Of a stretch of 64,000 nucleotides of DNA, positions 11,101 through 26,100 are shown in pieces. The notes beneath the pieces are model-generated. The model was not told the origin of the DNA, ran no database searches, and saw nothing but the letters and a program-made list of their open reading frames with translations. The position numbers and the translations under genes were made by a program. Origin of the DNA: Squalus acanthias (taxonomy: Eukaryota). The first letter of the stretch is position 1. Each line of letters begins with the position of its first letter. The stretch is taken from NCBI GenBank assembly GCA_030390025.1, contig CM059433.1, forward strand, positions 10,852,001-10,916,000, given 5' to 3'.

Positions 11101-14100
11101 ATCGGGGAGGGAGAGTAGGAGGTGATCGGGGAGTGAGAGGAGGAGGTGATCGGGGAGGGAGTGGAGGAGGTGATCAGGGAGGGGGTGGAGAAGGCAATTG
11201 GGGACGGAGAGGAGGAGGTGATCAGGGAGGGAGAGGAGGAGGTGATCGGGGAGGGAGAGGAGAAGGCAATTGGGGACGGAGAGGAGGAGGTGATCGGGAA
11301 GGGAGAGGAGGAGGTGATCGGGGAGGGAGAGGAGGAGGTGATCGGGGAGGGAGTGGAGGAGGTGATCAGGGAGGGGGTGGAGAAGGTGATCGGGGAGGGA
11401 GTGTAGGAGGTGATCAGGGAGGGAGAGGAGGAGGTGATCGGGGAGGGAGAGGAGGAGGTGATCGGGGAGGGAGAGGAGGAGGTGATCGGGGAGGGAGAGG
11501 AGGAGGCGATGAGGGAGGGAGAGGAGGAGGTGATCACGGAGGGTAAGGACGAGATGATCGGGGAGGGAGAGGAGTAGGTGATCGGGGAGGGTAAGGACGA
11601 GGTGATCGGGGAGGGAGAGGAGGAGGCGATCGGGGAGGGAATGGAGCAGGTGATCGGGGAGGGAGAGGTGTAGGTGATCGGGGAGGGAATGGAGGAGGTG
11701 ATCGGGGAGGGTAAGGACGAGGTGATCGGTGAGGGAGAGGAGTAGGTGATCGGGGAGGGAGTGGAGGAGGCGATCAGGGAGGGAGTGGAGGAGGTGATCA
11801 GGGAGGGAGTGGAGGAGGTGATCGGGGAGGGAGTGGAGGAGGTGATCGGGGAGGGAGTGGAGGAGGTGATCAGGGAGGGAGAGGAGGAGGTGATCGGGGA
11901 GGGAGAGGAGGAGGTGATTGGGGAGGGAATGGAGGAGGTGATCGGGGAGGGAGTGGAGGAGGCGATCGGGGAGGGAGTGGAGGAGGTGATGAGGGAGGGA
12001 GAGGAGGAGGTTATCGGGGAGGGAGAGGAAGAGGCGATCGGGGAGGGAGTGGAGGAGGCGATCGGGGAGGGAGAGGAGGAGGTGATCGGGGAGGGAGAGG
12101 AGGAGGCGATCGGGGAGGGAGTGGAGGAGGCAATCGGGGAGGGAGAGGAGGAGGTGATCGGGGAGGGAGAGGAGGAGGTGATGGGGAGGGAGAGGAGGAG
12201 GTGATCAGGGACGGAGAGGAGGAGGTGATCAGGGAGGCAGAGGAGGTGGTGATCGGGGAGGGAGAGGTGGAGGTGATCGGGGAGGGAGAGGAGGAGGTGA
12301 TCGTGGAGGGAGAGGAGGATGTGATCAGGGAGGGAGAGTAGGAAGTGATCGGGGAGTGAGAGGAGGAGGTGATCGGGGAGGGAGAGGAGGAAGTGATCGG
12401 GGAGGGAGTGGAGAAGGCAATCAGGGACGGAGAGGAGGAGGTGATCGGGGAGGGAGAGGAGAAGGCAATTGGGGACGGAGAGGAGGAGGTGATCGGGAAG
12501 GGAGAGGAGGAGGTGATCGGGGAGGGAGAGGAGGAGGTGATCGGGGAGGGAGTGGAGGAGGTGATCAGGGAGGGAGAGGAGGAGGTGATCAGAGAGGGAG
12601 AGGAGTAGGTGATCGGGGAGGGAGAGGAGGAGGTGATCGGGGAGGGAGAGGAGGAGGCGATGAGGGAGCGAGAGGAGGAGGTGATCACGGAGGGTAAGGA
12701 CGAGATGATCGGGGAGGGAGAGGAGTAGGTGATCGGGGAGGGTAAGGACGAGGTGATCGGGGAGGGAGAGGAGGAGGCGATCGGGGAGGGAATGGAGCAG
12801 GTGATCGGGGAGGGAGAGGTGTAGGTGATCGGGGAGGGAATGGAGGAGGTGATCGGGGAGGGTAAGGACGAGGTGATCGGTGAGGGAGAGGAGTAGGTGA
12901 TCGGGGAGGGAGTGGAGGAGGCGATCAGGGAGGGAGTGGAGGAGGTGATCAGGGAGGGAGAGGAGGAGGTGATCGGGGAGGGAGAGGAGGAGGTGATCGG
13001 GGAGGGAGTGGAAGAGGTGATCGGGGAGGGAGTGGAGGAGGTGATCAGGGAGGGAGAGGAGGAGGTGATCGGGGAGGGAGAGGAGGAGGTGATCGGGGAG
13101 GGAATGGAGGAGGTGATCGGGGAGGGAGTGGAGGAGGCGATCGGGGAGGGAGTGGAGGAGGTGATCAGGGAGGGAGAGGAGGAGGTGATCGGGGAGGGAG
13201 AGGAGGAGGCGATCGGGGATGGAGAGGAGAAGGTGATCGGGGTGGGAGAGGAGAAGGCGATTGGGGAGGGAGAGGAGGAGGTGATCAGGGAGGGAGTGGA
13301 GGAGGTGATCGGGGAGGGAGAGGAGGAGGTGATCGGGGAGGGTAAGGACGAGGTGATCGGGGAGGGAGAGGAGGAGGCGATCGGGGAGGGAATGGAGCAG
13401 GTGATCGGGGAGGGAGAGGTGTAGGTGATCGGGGAGGGAATGGAGGAGGTGATCGGGGAGGGTAAGGACGAGGTGATCGGTGAGGGAGAGGAGTAGGTGA
13501 TCGGGGAGGGAGTGGAGGAGGCGATCAGGGAGGGAGTGGAGGAGGTGATCAGGGAGGGAGTGGAGGAGGTGATCGGGGAGGGAGTGGAGGAGGTGATCGG
13601 GGAGGGAGTGGAGGAGGTGATCAGGGAGGGAGAGGAGGAGGTGATCGGGGAGGGAGAGGAGGAGGTGATCGGGGACGGAGAGGAGGAGGTGATCAGGGAG
13701 GGAGAGGAGGTGGTGATCGGGGAGGGAGAGGTGGAGGTGATCGGGGAGGGAGTGGAGGAGGTGATCAGGGAGGGAGTGGAGGAGGTGATCGGGTAGGGAG
13801 TGGAGGAGGTGAGCAGGGAGGGAGAGGAGGAGGTGATCGGATGGGAGTGGAGCAGGTGATCGGGGAGGGAGAGGTGTAGGTGATCGGGGAGGGAATGGAG
13901 GAGGTGATCGGGGAGGGTAAGGACGAGGTGATCGGTGAGGGAGAGGAGTAGGTGATCGGGGAGGGAGTGGAGGAGGCGATCACGGAGGGAGTGGAGGAGG
14001 TGATCAGGGAGGGAGTGGAGGAGGTGATCGGGGAGGGAGTGGAGGAGGTGATCGGGGAGGGAGTGGAGGAGGTGATCAGGGAGGGAGAGGAGGAGGTGAT

Positions 14101-17100
14101 CGGGGAGGGAGAGGAGGAGGTGATCGGGGAGGGAATGGAGGAGGTGATCGGGGAGGGAGTGGAGGAGGCGATCGGGGAGGGAGTGGAGGAGGTGATCAGG
14201 GAGGGAGAGGAGAAGGCAATTGGGGAGGGAATGGAGCAGGTGATCGGGGAGGGAGAGGTGTAGGTGATCGGGGAGGGAATGGAGGAGGTGATCGGGGAGT
14301 GTAAGGACGAGGTGATCGGTGAGGGAGAGGAGTAGGTGATCGGGGAGGGAGTGGAGGAGGCGATCAGGGAGGGAGTGGAGGAGGTGATCAGGGAGGGAGT
14401 GGAGGAGGTGATCGGGGAGGGAGTGGAGGAGGTGATCGGGGAGGGAGTGGAGGAGGTGATCAGGGAGTGAGAGGAGGAGGTGATCGGGGAGGGAGAGGAG
14501 GAGGTGATCGGGGAGGGAATGGAGGAGGTGATCGGGGAGGGAGTGGAGGAGTCGATCGGGGAGGGAGTGGAGGAGGTGATCAGGGAGGGAGAGGAGGAGG
14601 TGATCAGGGAGGGAGAGGAGAAGGCAATTGGGGAGGGAGAGGAGGAGGCGATCGGGGATGGAGAGGAGGAGGTGATCGGGGAGGGAGAGGAGAAGGCGAT
14701 TGGGGAGGGAGAGGAGGAGGTGATCAGGGAGGGAGTGGAGGAGGTGATCGGGGAGGGAGAGGAGGAGGTGATCAGGGAGGGAGTGGAGGAGGCGATCGGG
14801 GAGGGAGAGGAGGAAGCGATCGGGGAGGGAGTGGAGGAGGTGATGAGGGAAGCGGGGCACAGGGGAGGCGATCGGGGAGGGAGATGAGGAGGTGATCGGG
14901 GAGGGAGAGTAGGAGGTGATCGGGGAGTGAGAGGAGGAGGTGATCGGGGAGGGAGAGGAGGAAGTGATTGGGGAGGGAGTGGAGAAGGCGATCAGGGACG
15001 GAGAGGAGGAGGTGATCAGGGAGGGAGAGGAGGAGGTGATCGGGGAGGGAGAGGAGAAGGCAATTGGGGACGGAGAGGAGGAGGTGATCGGGAAGGGAGA
15101 GGAGAAGGTGATCGGGGAGGGAGAGGAGGAGGTGATCGGGGAGGGAGTGGAGGAGGTGATCAGGGAGGGGGTGGAGAAGGTGATCGGGGAGGGAGTGTAG
15201 GAGGTGATCAGGGAGGGAGAGGAGGAGGTGATCAGAGAGGGAGAGGAGGAGGTGATCGGGGAGGGAGAGGAGGAGGTGATCGGGGAGGGAGAGGAGGAGG
15301 CGATGAGGGAGGGAGAGGAGGAGGTGATCACGGAGGGTAAGGACGAGATGATCGGGGAGGGAGAGGAGTAGGTGATCGGGGAGGGTAAGGACGAGGTGAT
15401 CGGGGAGGGAGAGGAGGAGGCGATCGGGGAGGGAATGGAGCAGGTGATCGGGGAGGGAGAGGTGTAGGTGATCGGGGAGGGAATGGAGGAGGTGATCGGG
15501 GAGGGTAAGGACGAGGTGATCGGTGAGGGAGAGGAGTAGGTGATCGGGGAGGGAGTGGAGGAGGCGATCAGGGAGGGAGTGGAGGAGGTGATCAGGGAGG
15601 GAGTGGAGGAGGTGATCGGGGAGGGAGTGGAGGAGGTGATCGGGGAGGGAGTGGAGGAGGTGATCAGGGAGGGAGAGGAGGAGGTGATCGGGGAGGGAGA
15701 GGAGGAGGTGATCGGGGAGGAAATGGAGGAGGTGATCGGGGAGGGAGTGGAGGAGGCGATCGGGGAGGGAGTGGAGGAGGTGATGAGGGAGGGAGAGGAG
15801 GAGGTTATCGGGGAGGGAGAGGAAGAGGCGATCGGGGAGGGAGAGGTGGAGGTGATCGGGGAGGGAGAGGAGGAGGTGATCGTGGAGGGAGAGGAGGATG
15901 TGATCAGGGAGGGAGAGTAGGAAGTGATCGGGGAGTGAGAGGAGGAGGTGATCGGGGAGGGAGAGGAGGAAGTGATCGGGGAGGGAGTGGAGAAGGCAAT
16001 CAGGGACGGAGAGGAGGAGGTGATCAGGGAGGGAGAGGAGGAGGTGATCGGGGAGGGAGAGGAGAAGGCAATTGGGGACGGAGAGGAGGAGGTGATCGGG
16101 AAGGGAGAGGAGGAGGTGATCGGGGAGGGAGAGGAGGAGGTGATCGGGGAGGGAGTGGAGGAGGTGATCAGGGAGGGAGTGGAGAAGGTGATCGGGGAGG
16201 GAGTGGAGGAGGTGATCAGGGAGGGAGAGGAGGAGGTGATCAGAGAGGGAGAGGAGGAGGTGATCGGGGAGGGAGAGGAGGAGGTGATCGGCGAGGGAGA
16301 GGAGGAGGCGATGAGGGAGGGAGAGGAGGAGGTGATCGGGGAGGGTAAGGACGAGGTGATCGGGGAGGGAGAGGAGGAGGCGATTGGGGAGGGAATGGAG
16401 CAGGTGATCGGGGAGGGAGAGGTGTAGGTGATCGGGGAGGGAATGGAGGAGGTGATCGGGGAGGGTAAGGACGAGGTGATCGGTGAGGGAGAGGAGTAGG
16501 TGATCGGGGAGGGAGTGGAGGAGGCGATCAGGGAGGGAGTGGAGGAGGTGATCAGGGAGGGAGAGGAGGAGGTGATCGGGGAGGGAGAGGAGGAGGTGAT
16601 CGGGGAGGGAGTGGAAGAGGTGATCGGGGAGGGAGTGGAGGAGGTGATCAGGGAGGGAGAGGAGTAGGTGATCGGGGAGGGTAAGGACGAGGTGATCGGG
16701 GAGGGAGAGGAGGAGGCGATCGGGGAGGGAATGGAGCAGGTGATCGGGGAGGGAGAGGTGTAGGTGATCAGGGAGGGAATGGAGGAGGTGATCGGGGAGG
16801 GTAAGGACGAGGTGATCGGTGAGGGAGAGGAGTAGGTGATCGGGGAGGGAGTGGAGGAGGCGATCAGGGAGGGAGTGGAGGAGGTGATCAGGGAGGGAGT
16901 GGAGGAGGTGATCGGGGAGGGAGTGGAGGAGGTGATCGGGGAGGGAGTGGAGGAGGTGATCAGGGAGGGAGAGGAGGAGGTGATCGGGGAGGGAGAGGAG
17001 GAGGTGATCGGGGAGGGAATGGAGGAGGTGATCGGGGAGGGAGTGGCGGAGGCGATCGGGGAGGGAGTGGAGGAGGTGATGAGGGAGGGAGAGGAGGAGG

Positions 17101-20100
17101 TTATCGGGGAGGGAGAGGAAGAGGCGATCGGGGAGGGAGTGGAGGAGGCGATCGGGGAGGGAGAGGAGGAGGTGATCGGGGAGGGAGAGGAGGAGGCGAT
17201 CGGGGAGGGAGTGGAGGAGGTGATCGTGGAGGGAGAGGAGGATGTGATCAGGGAGGGAGAGTAGGAAGTGATCGGGGAGTGAGAGGAGGAGGTGATCGGG
17301 GAGGGAGAGGAGGAAGTGATCGGGGAGGGAGTGGAGAAGGCAATCAGGGACGGAGAGGAGGAGGTGATCAGGGAGGGAGAGGAGGAGGTGATCGGGGAGG
17401 GAGAGGAGAAGGCAATTGGGGACGGAGAGGAGGAGGTGATCGGGAAGGGAGAGGAGGAGGTGATCGGGGAGGGAGAGGAGGAGGTGATCGGGGAGGGAGT
17501 GGAGGAGGTGATCAGGGAGGGAGTGGAGAAGGTGATCGGGGAGGGAGTGGAGGAGGTGATCAGGGAGGGAGAGGAGGAGGTGATCAGAGAGGGAGAGGAG
17601 GAGGTGATCGGGGAGGGAGAGGAGGAGGTGATCGGGGAGGGAGAGGAGGAGGCGATGAGGGAGGGAGAGGAGGAGGTGATCACGGAGGGTAAGGACGAGA
17701 TGATCGGGGAGGGAGAGGAGTAGGTGATCGGGGAGGGTAAGGACGAGGTGATCGGGGAGGGAGAGGAGGAGGCGATCGGGGAGGGATTGGAGCAGGTGAT
17801 CGGGGAGGGAGAGGTGTAGGTGATCGGGGAGGGAATGGAGGAGGTGATCGGGGAGGGTAAGGACGAGGTGATCGGTGAGGGAGAGGAGTAGGTGATCGGG
17901 GAGGGAGTGGAGGAGGCGATCAGGGAGGGAGTGGAGGAGGTGATCAGGGAGGGAGAGGAGGAGGTGATCGGGGAGGGAGAGGAGGAGGTGATCGGGGAGG
18001 GAGTGGAAGAGGTGATCGGGGAGGGAGTGGAGGAGGTGATCCGGGAGGGAGAGGAGGAGGTGATCGGGGAGGGAGAGGAGGAGGTGATCGGGGAGGGAAT
18101 GGAGGAGGTGATCGGGGAGGGAGTGGAGGAGGCGATCGGGGAGGGAGTGGAGGAGGTGATCAGGGAGGGAGAGGAGGAGGTGATCGGGGAGGGAGAGGAG
18201 GAGGCGATCGGGGATGGAGAGGAGAAGGTGATCGGGGAGGGAGAGGAGAAGGCGATTGGGGAGGGAGAGGAGGAGGTGATCAGGGAGGGAGTGGAGGAGG
18301 TGATCGGGGAGGGAGAGGAGGAGGTGATCAGGGAGGGAGTGGAGGAGGCGATCGGGGAGGGAGAGGAGGAAGCGATCGGGGAGGGAGAGGAGGAGGTGAT
18401 CGGGGAGGGAGAGGAGGAAGTGATCGGGGAGGGAGTGGAGAAGGCGATCAGGGACGGAGAGGAGCAGGTGATCAGGGAGGGAGAGGAGGAGGTGATCGGG
18501 GAGGGAGAGGAGAAGGCAATTGGGGACGGAGAGGAGGAGGTGATCGGGAAGGGAGAGGAGGAGGTGATCGGGGAGGGAGAGGAGGAGGTGATCGGGGAGG
18601 GAGTGGAGGAGGTGATCAGGGAGGGAGTGGAGAAGGTGATCGGGGAGGGAGTGGAGGAGGTGATCAGGGAGGGAGAGGAGGAGGTGATCAGAGAGGGAGA
18701 GGAGGAGGTGATCGGGGAGGGAGAGGAGGAGGTGATCGGGGAGGGAGAGGAGGAGGCGATGAGGGAGGGAGAGGAGGAGGTGATCACGGAGGGTAAGGAC
18801 GAGATGATCGGGGAGGGAGAGGAGTAGGTGATCGGGGAGGGTAAGGACGAGGAGATCGGGGAGGGAGAGGAGGAGGCGATCGGGGAGGGAATGGAGCAGG
18901 TGATCGGGGAGGGAGAGGTGTAGGTGATCGGGGAGGGAATGGAGGAGGTGATCGGGGAGGGTAAGGACGAGGTGATCGGTGAGGGAGAGGAGGAGGTGAT
19001 CGGGGAGGGAGTGGAGGAGGCGATCAGGGAGGGAGTGGAGGAGGTGATCAGGGAGGGAGTGGAGGAGGTGATCGGGGAGGGAGTGGAGGAGGTGATCGGG
19101 GAGGGAGTGGAGGAGGTGATCAGGGAGGGAGAGGAGGAGGTGATCGGGGAGGGAGAGGTGGAGGTGATCGGGGAGGGTGAGGAGGAGGTGATCGGGGAGG
19201 GAGAGGAGGATGTGATCAGGGACGGAGAGGAGGAGGTGATCAGGGAGGGAGAGGAGGTAGTGATCGGGAATGGAGAGGAGGAGGTGATCGGGGAGGGTGA
19301 GGAGGAGGTGATCGGGGAGGGAGTGGAGGAGGTGATCGGGGAGGGAGTGGAGGAGGTGATCGGGGAGGGAGTGGAGGAGGTGATCGGGGAGGGAGAGGAG
19401 GAGGTGATCGTGGAGGGAATGGAGGAGGTGATCGGGGAGGGAGTGGAGGAGGCGATCGGGGAGGGAGTGGAGGAGGTGATGAGGGAGGGAGAGGAGGAGG
19501 TTATCGGGGAGGGAGAGGAAGAGGCGATCGGGGAGGGAGTGGAGGAGGCGATCGGGGAGGGAGAGGAGGAGGTGATCGGGGAGGGAGAGGAGGAGGCGAT
19601 CGGGGAGGGAGTGGAGGAGGCAATCGGGGAGGGAGAGGAGGAGGTGATCGGGGAGGGAGAGGAGGAGGTGATGGGGAGGGAGAAGAGGAGGTGATCAGGG
19701 ACGGAGAGGTGGAGGTGATCAGGGAGGCAGAGGAGGTGGTGATCGGGGAGGGAGAGGTGGAGGTGATCGGGGAGGGAGAGGAGGAGGTGATCGTGGAGGG
19801 AGAGGAGGATGTGATCAGGGAGGGAGAGTAGGAAGTGATCGGGGAGTGAGAGGAGGAGGTGATCGGGGAGGGAGAGGAGGAAGTGATCGGGGAGGGAGTG
19901 GAGAAGGCAATCAGGGACGGAGAGGAGGAGGTGATCAGGGAGGGAGAGGAGGAGGTGATCGGGGAGGGAGAGGAGAAGGCAATTGGGGACGGAGAGGAGG
20001 AGGTGATCGGGCAGGGAGAGGAGGAGGTGATCGGGGAGGGAGAGGAGGAGGTGATCGGGGAGGGAGTGGAGGAGGTGATCAGGGAGGGAGTGGAGAAGGT

Positions 20101-23100
20101 GATCGGGGAGGGAGTGGAGGAGGTGATCAGGGAGGGAGAGGAGGAGGTGATCAGAGAGGGAGAGGAGGAGGTGATCGGGGAGGGAGAGGAGGAGGTGATC
20201 GGGGAGGGAGAGGAGGAGGCGATGAGGGAGGGAGAGGAGGAGGTGATCACGGAGGGTAAGGACGAGATGATCGGGGAGGGAGAGGAGTAGGTGATCGGGG
20301 AGGGTAAGGACGAGGTGATCGGGGAGGGAGAGGAGGAGGCGATCGGGGAGGGAATGGAGCAGGTGATCGGGGAGGGAGAGGTGTAGGTGATCGGGGAGGG
20401 AATGGAGGAGGTGATCGGGGAGGGTAAGGACGACGTGATCGGTGAGGGAGAGGAGTAGGTGATCGGGGAGGGAGTGGAGGAGGCGATCAGGGAGGGAGTG
20501 GAGGAGGTGATCAGGGAGGGAGAGGAGGAGGTGATCGGGGAGGGAGAGGAGGAGGTGATCGGGGAGGGAGTGGAAGAGGTGATCGGGGAGGGAGTGGAGG
20601 AGGTGATCAGGGAGGGAGAGGAGGAGGTGATCGGGGAGGGAGAGGAGGAGGTGATCGGGGAGGGAATGGAGGAGGTGATCGGGGAGGGAGTGGAGGAGGC
20701 GATCGGGGAGGGAGTGGAGGAGGTGATCAGGGAGGGAGAGGAGGAGGTGATCGGGGAGGGAGAGGAGGAGGCGATCGGGGATGGAGAGGAGAAGGTGATC
20801 GGGGAGGGAGAGGAGAAGGCGATTGGGGAGGGAGAGGAGGAGGTGATCAGGGAGGGAGTGGAGGAGGTGATCGGGGAGGGAGAGGAGGAGGTGATCAGGG
20901 AGGGAGTGGAGGAGGCGATCGGGGAGGGAGAGGAGGAAGCGATCGGGGAGGGAGAGGAGGAGGTGATCGGGGAGGGAGAGGAGGAAGTGATCGGGGAGGG
21001 AGTGGAGAAGGCGATCAGGGACGGAGAGGAGCAGGTGATCAGGGAGGGAGAGGAGGAGGTGATCGGGGAGGGAGAGGAGAAGGCAATTGGGGACGGAGAG
21101 GAGGAGGTGATCGGGAAGGGAGAGGAGGAGGTGATCGGGGAGGGAGAGGAGGAGGTGATCGGGGAGGGAGTGGAGGAGGTGATCAGGGAGGGAGTGGAGA
21201 AGGTGATCGGGGAGGGAGTGGAGGAGGTGATCAGGGAGGGAGAGGAGGAGGTGATCAGAGAGGGAGAGGAGGAGGTGATCGGGGAGGGAGAGGAGGAGGT
21301 GATCGGGGAGGGAGAGGAGGAGGCGATGAGGGAGGGAGAGGAGGAGGTGATCACGGAGGGTAAGGACGAGATGATCGGGGAGGGAGAGGAGTAGGTGATC
21401 GGGGAGGGTAAGGACGAGGAGATCGGGGAGGGAGAGGAGGAGGCGATCGGGGAGGGAATGGAGCAGGTGATCGGGGAGGGAGAGGTGTAGGTGATCGGGG
21501 AGGGAATGGAGGAGGTGATCGGGGAGGGTAAGGACGAGGTGATCGGTGAGGGAGAGGAGGAGGTGATCGGGGAGGGAGTGGAGGAGGCGATCAGGGAGGG
21601 AGTGGAGGAGGTGATCAGGGAGGGAGTGGAGGAGGTGATCGGGGAGGGAGTGGAGGAGGTGATCGGGGAGGGAGTGGAGGAGGTGATCAGGGAGGGAGAG
21701 GAGGAGGTGATCGGGGAGGGAGAGGTGGAGGTGATCGGGGAGGGTGAGGAGGAGGTGATCGGGGAGGGAGAGGAGGATGTGATCAGGGACGGAGAGGAGG
21801 AGGTGATCAGGGAGGGAGAGGAGGTAGTGATCGGGAAGGGAGAGGAGGAGGTGATCGGGGAGGGTGAGGAGGAGGTGATCGGGGAGGGAGTGGAGGAGGT
21901 GATCGGGGAGGGAGTGGAGGAGGTGATCGGGGAGGGAGTGGAGGAGGTGATCGGGGAGGGAGAGGAGGAGGTGATCGTGGAGGGAGAGGAGGAGGTGATC
22001 AGGGACGGAGAGGAGGAGGTGATCAGGGAGGGAGAGGAGGATGTGATCAGGGACGGAGAGGAGGAGGTGATCAGGGAGGGAGAGGAGGTGGTGATCGGGG
22101 AGGGAGAGGTGGAGGTGATCAGGGAGGGAAATGAGGAGGTGATCAGGGAGGGAGTGGAGGAGGTGATCGGGGAGGGAGTGGAGGAGGCGATCGGGGAGGG
22201 AGTGGAGGAGGTGATCGGGGAGGGAGAGGAGTAGGTGATCGTGGAGGGAGTGGAGGAGGCGATCAGGGACGGAGAGGAGGAGGTGATCAGGGAGGGAGAG
22301 GAGGAGGTGATCGGGGAGGGAGAGGAGAAGGCAATTGGGGACGGAGAGGAGGAGGTGATCGGGAAGGGAGAGGAGGAGGTGATCGGGGAGGGAGAGGAGG
22401 AGGTGATCGGGGAGGGAGTGGAGGAGGTGATCAGGGAGGGGGTGGAGAAGGTGATCGGGGAGGGAGTGTAGGAGGTGATCAGGGAGGGAGAGGAGGAGGT
22501 GATCAGGGAGGGAGAGGAGGAGGTGATCGGGGAGGGAGAGGAGGAGGTGATCGGGGAGGGAGAGGAGGAGGCGATGAGGGAGGGAGAGGAGGAGGTGATC
22601 ACGGAGGGTAAGGACGAGATGATCGGGGAGGGAGAGGAGTAGGTGATCGGGGAGGGTAAGGACGAGGTGATCGGGGAGGGAGAGGAGGAGGCGATCGGGG
22701 AGGGAATGGAGCAGGTGATCGGGGAGGGAGAGGTGTAGGTGATCGGGGAGGGAATGGAGGAGGTGATCGGGGAGGGTAAGGACGAGGTGATCGGTGAGGG
22801 AGAGGAGTAGGTGATCGGGGAGGGAGTGGAGGAGGCGATCAGGGAGGGAGTGGAGGAGGTGATCAGGGAGGGAGTGGAGGAGGTGATCGGGGAGGGAGTG
22901 GAGGAGGTGATCGGGGAGGGAGTGGAGGAGGTGATCAGGGAGGGAGAGGAGGAGGTGATCGGGGAGGGAGAGGAGGAGGTGATTGGGGAGGGAATGGAGG
23001 AGGTGATCGGGGAGGGAGTGGAGGAGGCGATCGGGGAGGGAGTGGAGGAGGTGATGAGGGAGGGAGAGGAGGAGGTTATCGGGGAGGGAGAGGAAGAGGC

Positions 23101-26100
23101 GATCGGGGAGGGAGTGGAGGAGGCGATCGGGGAGGGAGAGGAGGAGGTGATCGGGGAGGGAGAGGAGGAGGCGATCGGGGAGGGAGTGGAGGAGGCAATC
23201 GGGGAGGGAGAGGAGGAGGTGATCGGGGAGGGAGAGGAGGAGGTGATGGGGAGGGAGAGGAGGAGGTGATCAGGGACGGAGAGGAGGAGGTGATCAGGGA
23301 GGCAGAGGAGGTGGTGATCGGGGAGGGAGAGGTGGAGGTGATCGGGGAGGGAGAGGAGGAGGTGATCGTGGAGGGAGAGGAGGATGTGATCAGGGAGGGA
23401 GAGTAGGAAGTGATCGGGGAGTGAGAGGAGGAGGTGATCGGGGAGGGAGAGGAGGAAGTGATCGGGGAGGGAGTGGAGAAGGCAATCAGGGACGGAGAGG
23501 AGGAGGTGATCAGGGAGGGAGAGGAGGAGGTGATCGGGGAGGGAGAGGAGAAGGCAATTGGGGACGGAGAGGAGGAGGTGATCGGGAAGGGAGAGGAGGA
23601 GGTGATCGGGGAGGGAGAGGAGGAGGTGATCGGGGAGGGAGTGGAGGAGGTGATCAGGGAGGGAGAGGAGGAGGTGATCAGAGAGGGAGAGGAGGAGGTG
23701 ATCGGGGAGGGAGAGGAGGAGGTGATCGGGGAGGGAGAGGAGGAGGCGATGAGGGAGCGAGAGGAGGAGGTGATCACGGAGGGTAAGGACGAGATGATCG
23801 GGGAGGGAGAGGAGTAGGTGATCGGGGAGGGTAAGGACGAGGTGATCGGGGAGGGAGAGGAGGAGGCGATCGGGGAGGGAATGGAGCAGGTGATCGGGGA
23901 GGGAGAGGTGTAGGTGATCGGGGAGGGAATGGAGGAGGTGATCGGGGAGGGTAAGGACGAGGTGATCGGTGAGGGAGAGGAGTAGGTGATCGGGGAGGGA
24001 GTGGAGGAGGCGATCAGGGAGGGAGTGGAGGAGGTGATCAGGGAGGGAGAGGAGGAGGTGATCGGGGAGGGAGAGGAGGAGGTGATCGGGGAGGGAGTGG
24101 AAGAGGTGATCGGGGAGGGAGTGGAGGAGGTGATCAGGGAGGGAGAGGAGGAGGTGATCGGGGAGGGAGAGGAGGAGGTGATCGGGGAGGGAATGGAGGA
24201 GGTGATCGGGGAGGGAGTGGAGGAGGCGATCGGGGAGGGAGTGGAGGAGGTGATCAGGGAGGGAGAGGAGGAGGTGATCGGGGAGGGAGAGGAGGAGGCG
24301 ATCGGGGATGGAGAGGAGAAGGTGATCGGGGTGGGAGAGGAGAAGGCGATTGGGGAGGGAGAGGAGGAGGTGATCAGGGAGGGAGTGGAGGAGGTGATCG
24401 GGGAGGGAGCGGAGGAGGTGATCAGGGAGGGAGTGGAGGAGGTGATCGGGGAGGGAGTGGAGGAGGTGATCGGGGAGGGAGTGGAGGAGGTGATCAGGGA
24501 GGGAGAGGAGGAGGTGATCGGGGAGGGAGAGGAGGAGGTGATTGGGGAGGGAATGGAGGAGGTGATCGGGGAGGGAGTGGAGGAGGCGATCGGGGAGGGA
24601 GTGGAGGAGGTGATGAGGGAGGGAGAGGAGGAGGTTATCGGGGAGGGAGAGGAAGAGGCGATCGGGGAGGGAGTGGAGGAGGCGATCGGGGAGGGAGAGG
24701 AGGAGGTGATCGGGGAGGGAGAGGAGGAGGCGATCGGGGAGGGAGTGGAGGAGGCAATCGGGGAGGGAGAGGAGGAGGTGATCGGGGAGGGAGAGGAGGA
24801 GGTGATGGGGAGGGAGAGGAGGAGGTGATCAGGGACGGAGAGGAGGAGGTGATCAGGGAGGCAGAGGAGGTGGTGATCGGGGAGGGAGAGGTGGAGGTGA
24901 TCGGGGAGGGAGAGGAGGAGGTGATCGTGGAGGGAGAGGAGGATGTGATCAGGGAGGGAGAGTAGGAAGTGATCGGGGAGTGAGAGGAGGAGGTGATCGG
25001 GGAGGGAGAGGAGGAAGTGATCGGGGAGGGAGTGGAGAAGGCAATCAGGGACGGAGAGGAGGAGGTGATCAGGGAGGGAGAGGAGGAGGTGATCGGGGAG
25101 GGAGAGGAGAAGGCAATTGGGGACGGAGAGGAGGAGGTGATCGGGAAGGGAGAGGAGGAGGTGATCGGGGAGGGAGAGGAGGAGGTGATCGGGGAGGGAG
25201 TGGAGGAGGTGATCAGGGAGGGAGAGGAGGAGGTGATCAGAGAGGGAGAGGAGGAGGTGATCGGGGAGGGAGAGGAGGAGGTGATCGGGGAGGGAGAGGA
25301 GGAGGCGATGAGGGAGCGAGAGGAGGAGGTGATCACGGAGGGTAAGGACGAGATGATCGGGGAGGGAGAGGAGTAGGTGATCGGGGAGGGTAAGGACGAG
25401 GTGATCGGGGAGGGAGAGGAGGAGGCGATCGGGGAGGGAATGGAGCAGGTGATCGGGGAGGGAGAGGTGTAGGTGATCGGGGAGGGAATGGAGGAGGTGA
25501 TCGGGGAGGGTAAGGACGAGGTGATCGGTGAGGGAGAGGAGTAGGTGATCGGGGAGGGAGTGGAGGAGGCGATCAGGGAGGGAGTGGAGGAGGTGATCAG
25601 GGAGGGAGAGGAGGAGGTGATCGGGGAGGGAGAGGAGGAGGTGATCGGGGAGGGAGTGGAAGAGGTGATCGGGGAGGGAGTGGAGGAGGTGATCAGGGAG
25701 GGAGAGGAGGAGGTGATCGGGGAGGGAGAGGAGGAGGTGATCGGGGAGGGAATGGAGGAGGTGATCGGGGAGGGAGTGGAGGAGGCGATCGGGGAGGGAG
25801 TGGAGGAGGTGATCAGGGAGGGAGAGGAGGAGGTGATCGGGGAGGGAGAGGAGGAGGCGATCGGGGATGGAGAGGAGAAGGTGATCGGGGTGGGAGAGGA
25901 GAAGGCGATTGGGGAGGGAGAGGAGGAGGTGATCAGGGAGGGAGTGGAGGAGGTGATCGGGGAGGGAGCGGAGGAGGTGATCGGGGAGGGTAAGGACGAG
26001 GTGATCGGGGAGGGAGAGGAGGAGGCGATCGGGGAGGGAATGGAGCAGGTGATCGGGGAGGGAGAGGTGTAGGTGATCGGGGAGGGAATGGAGGAGGTGA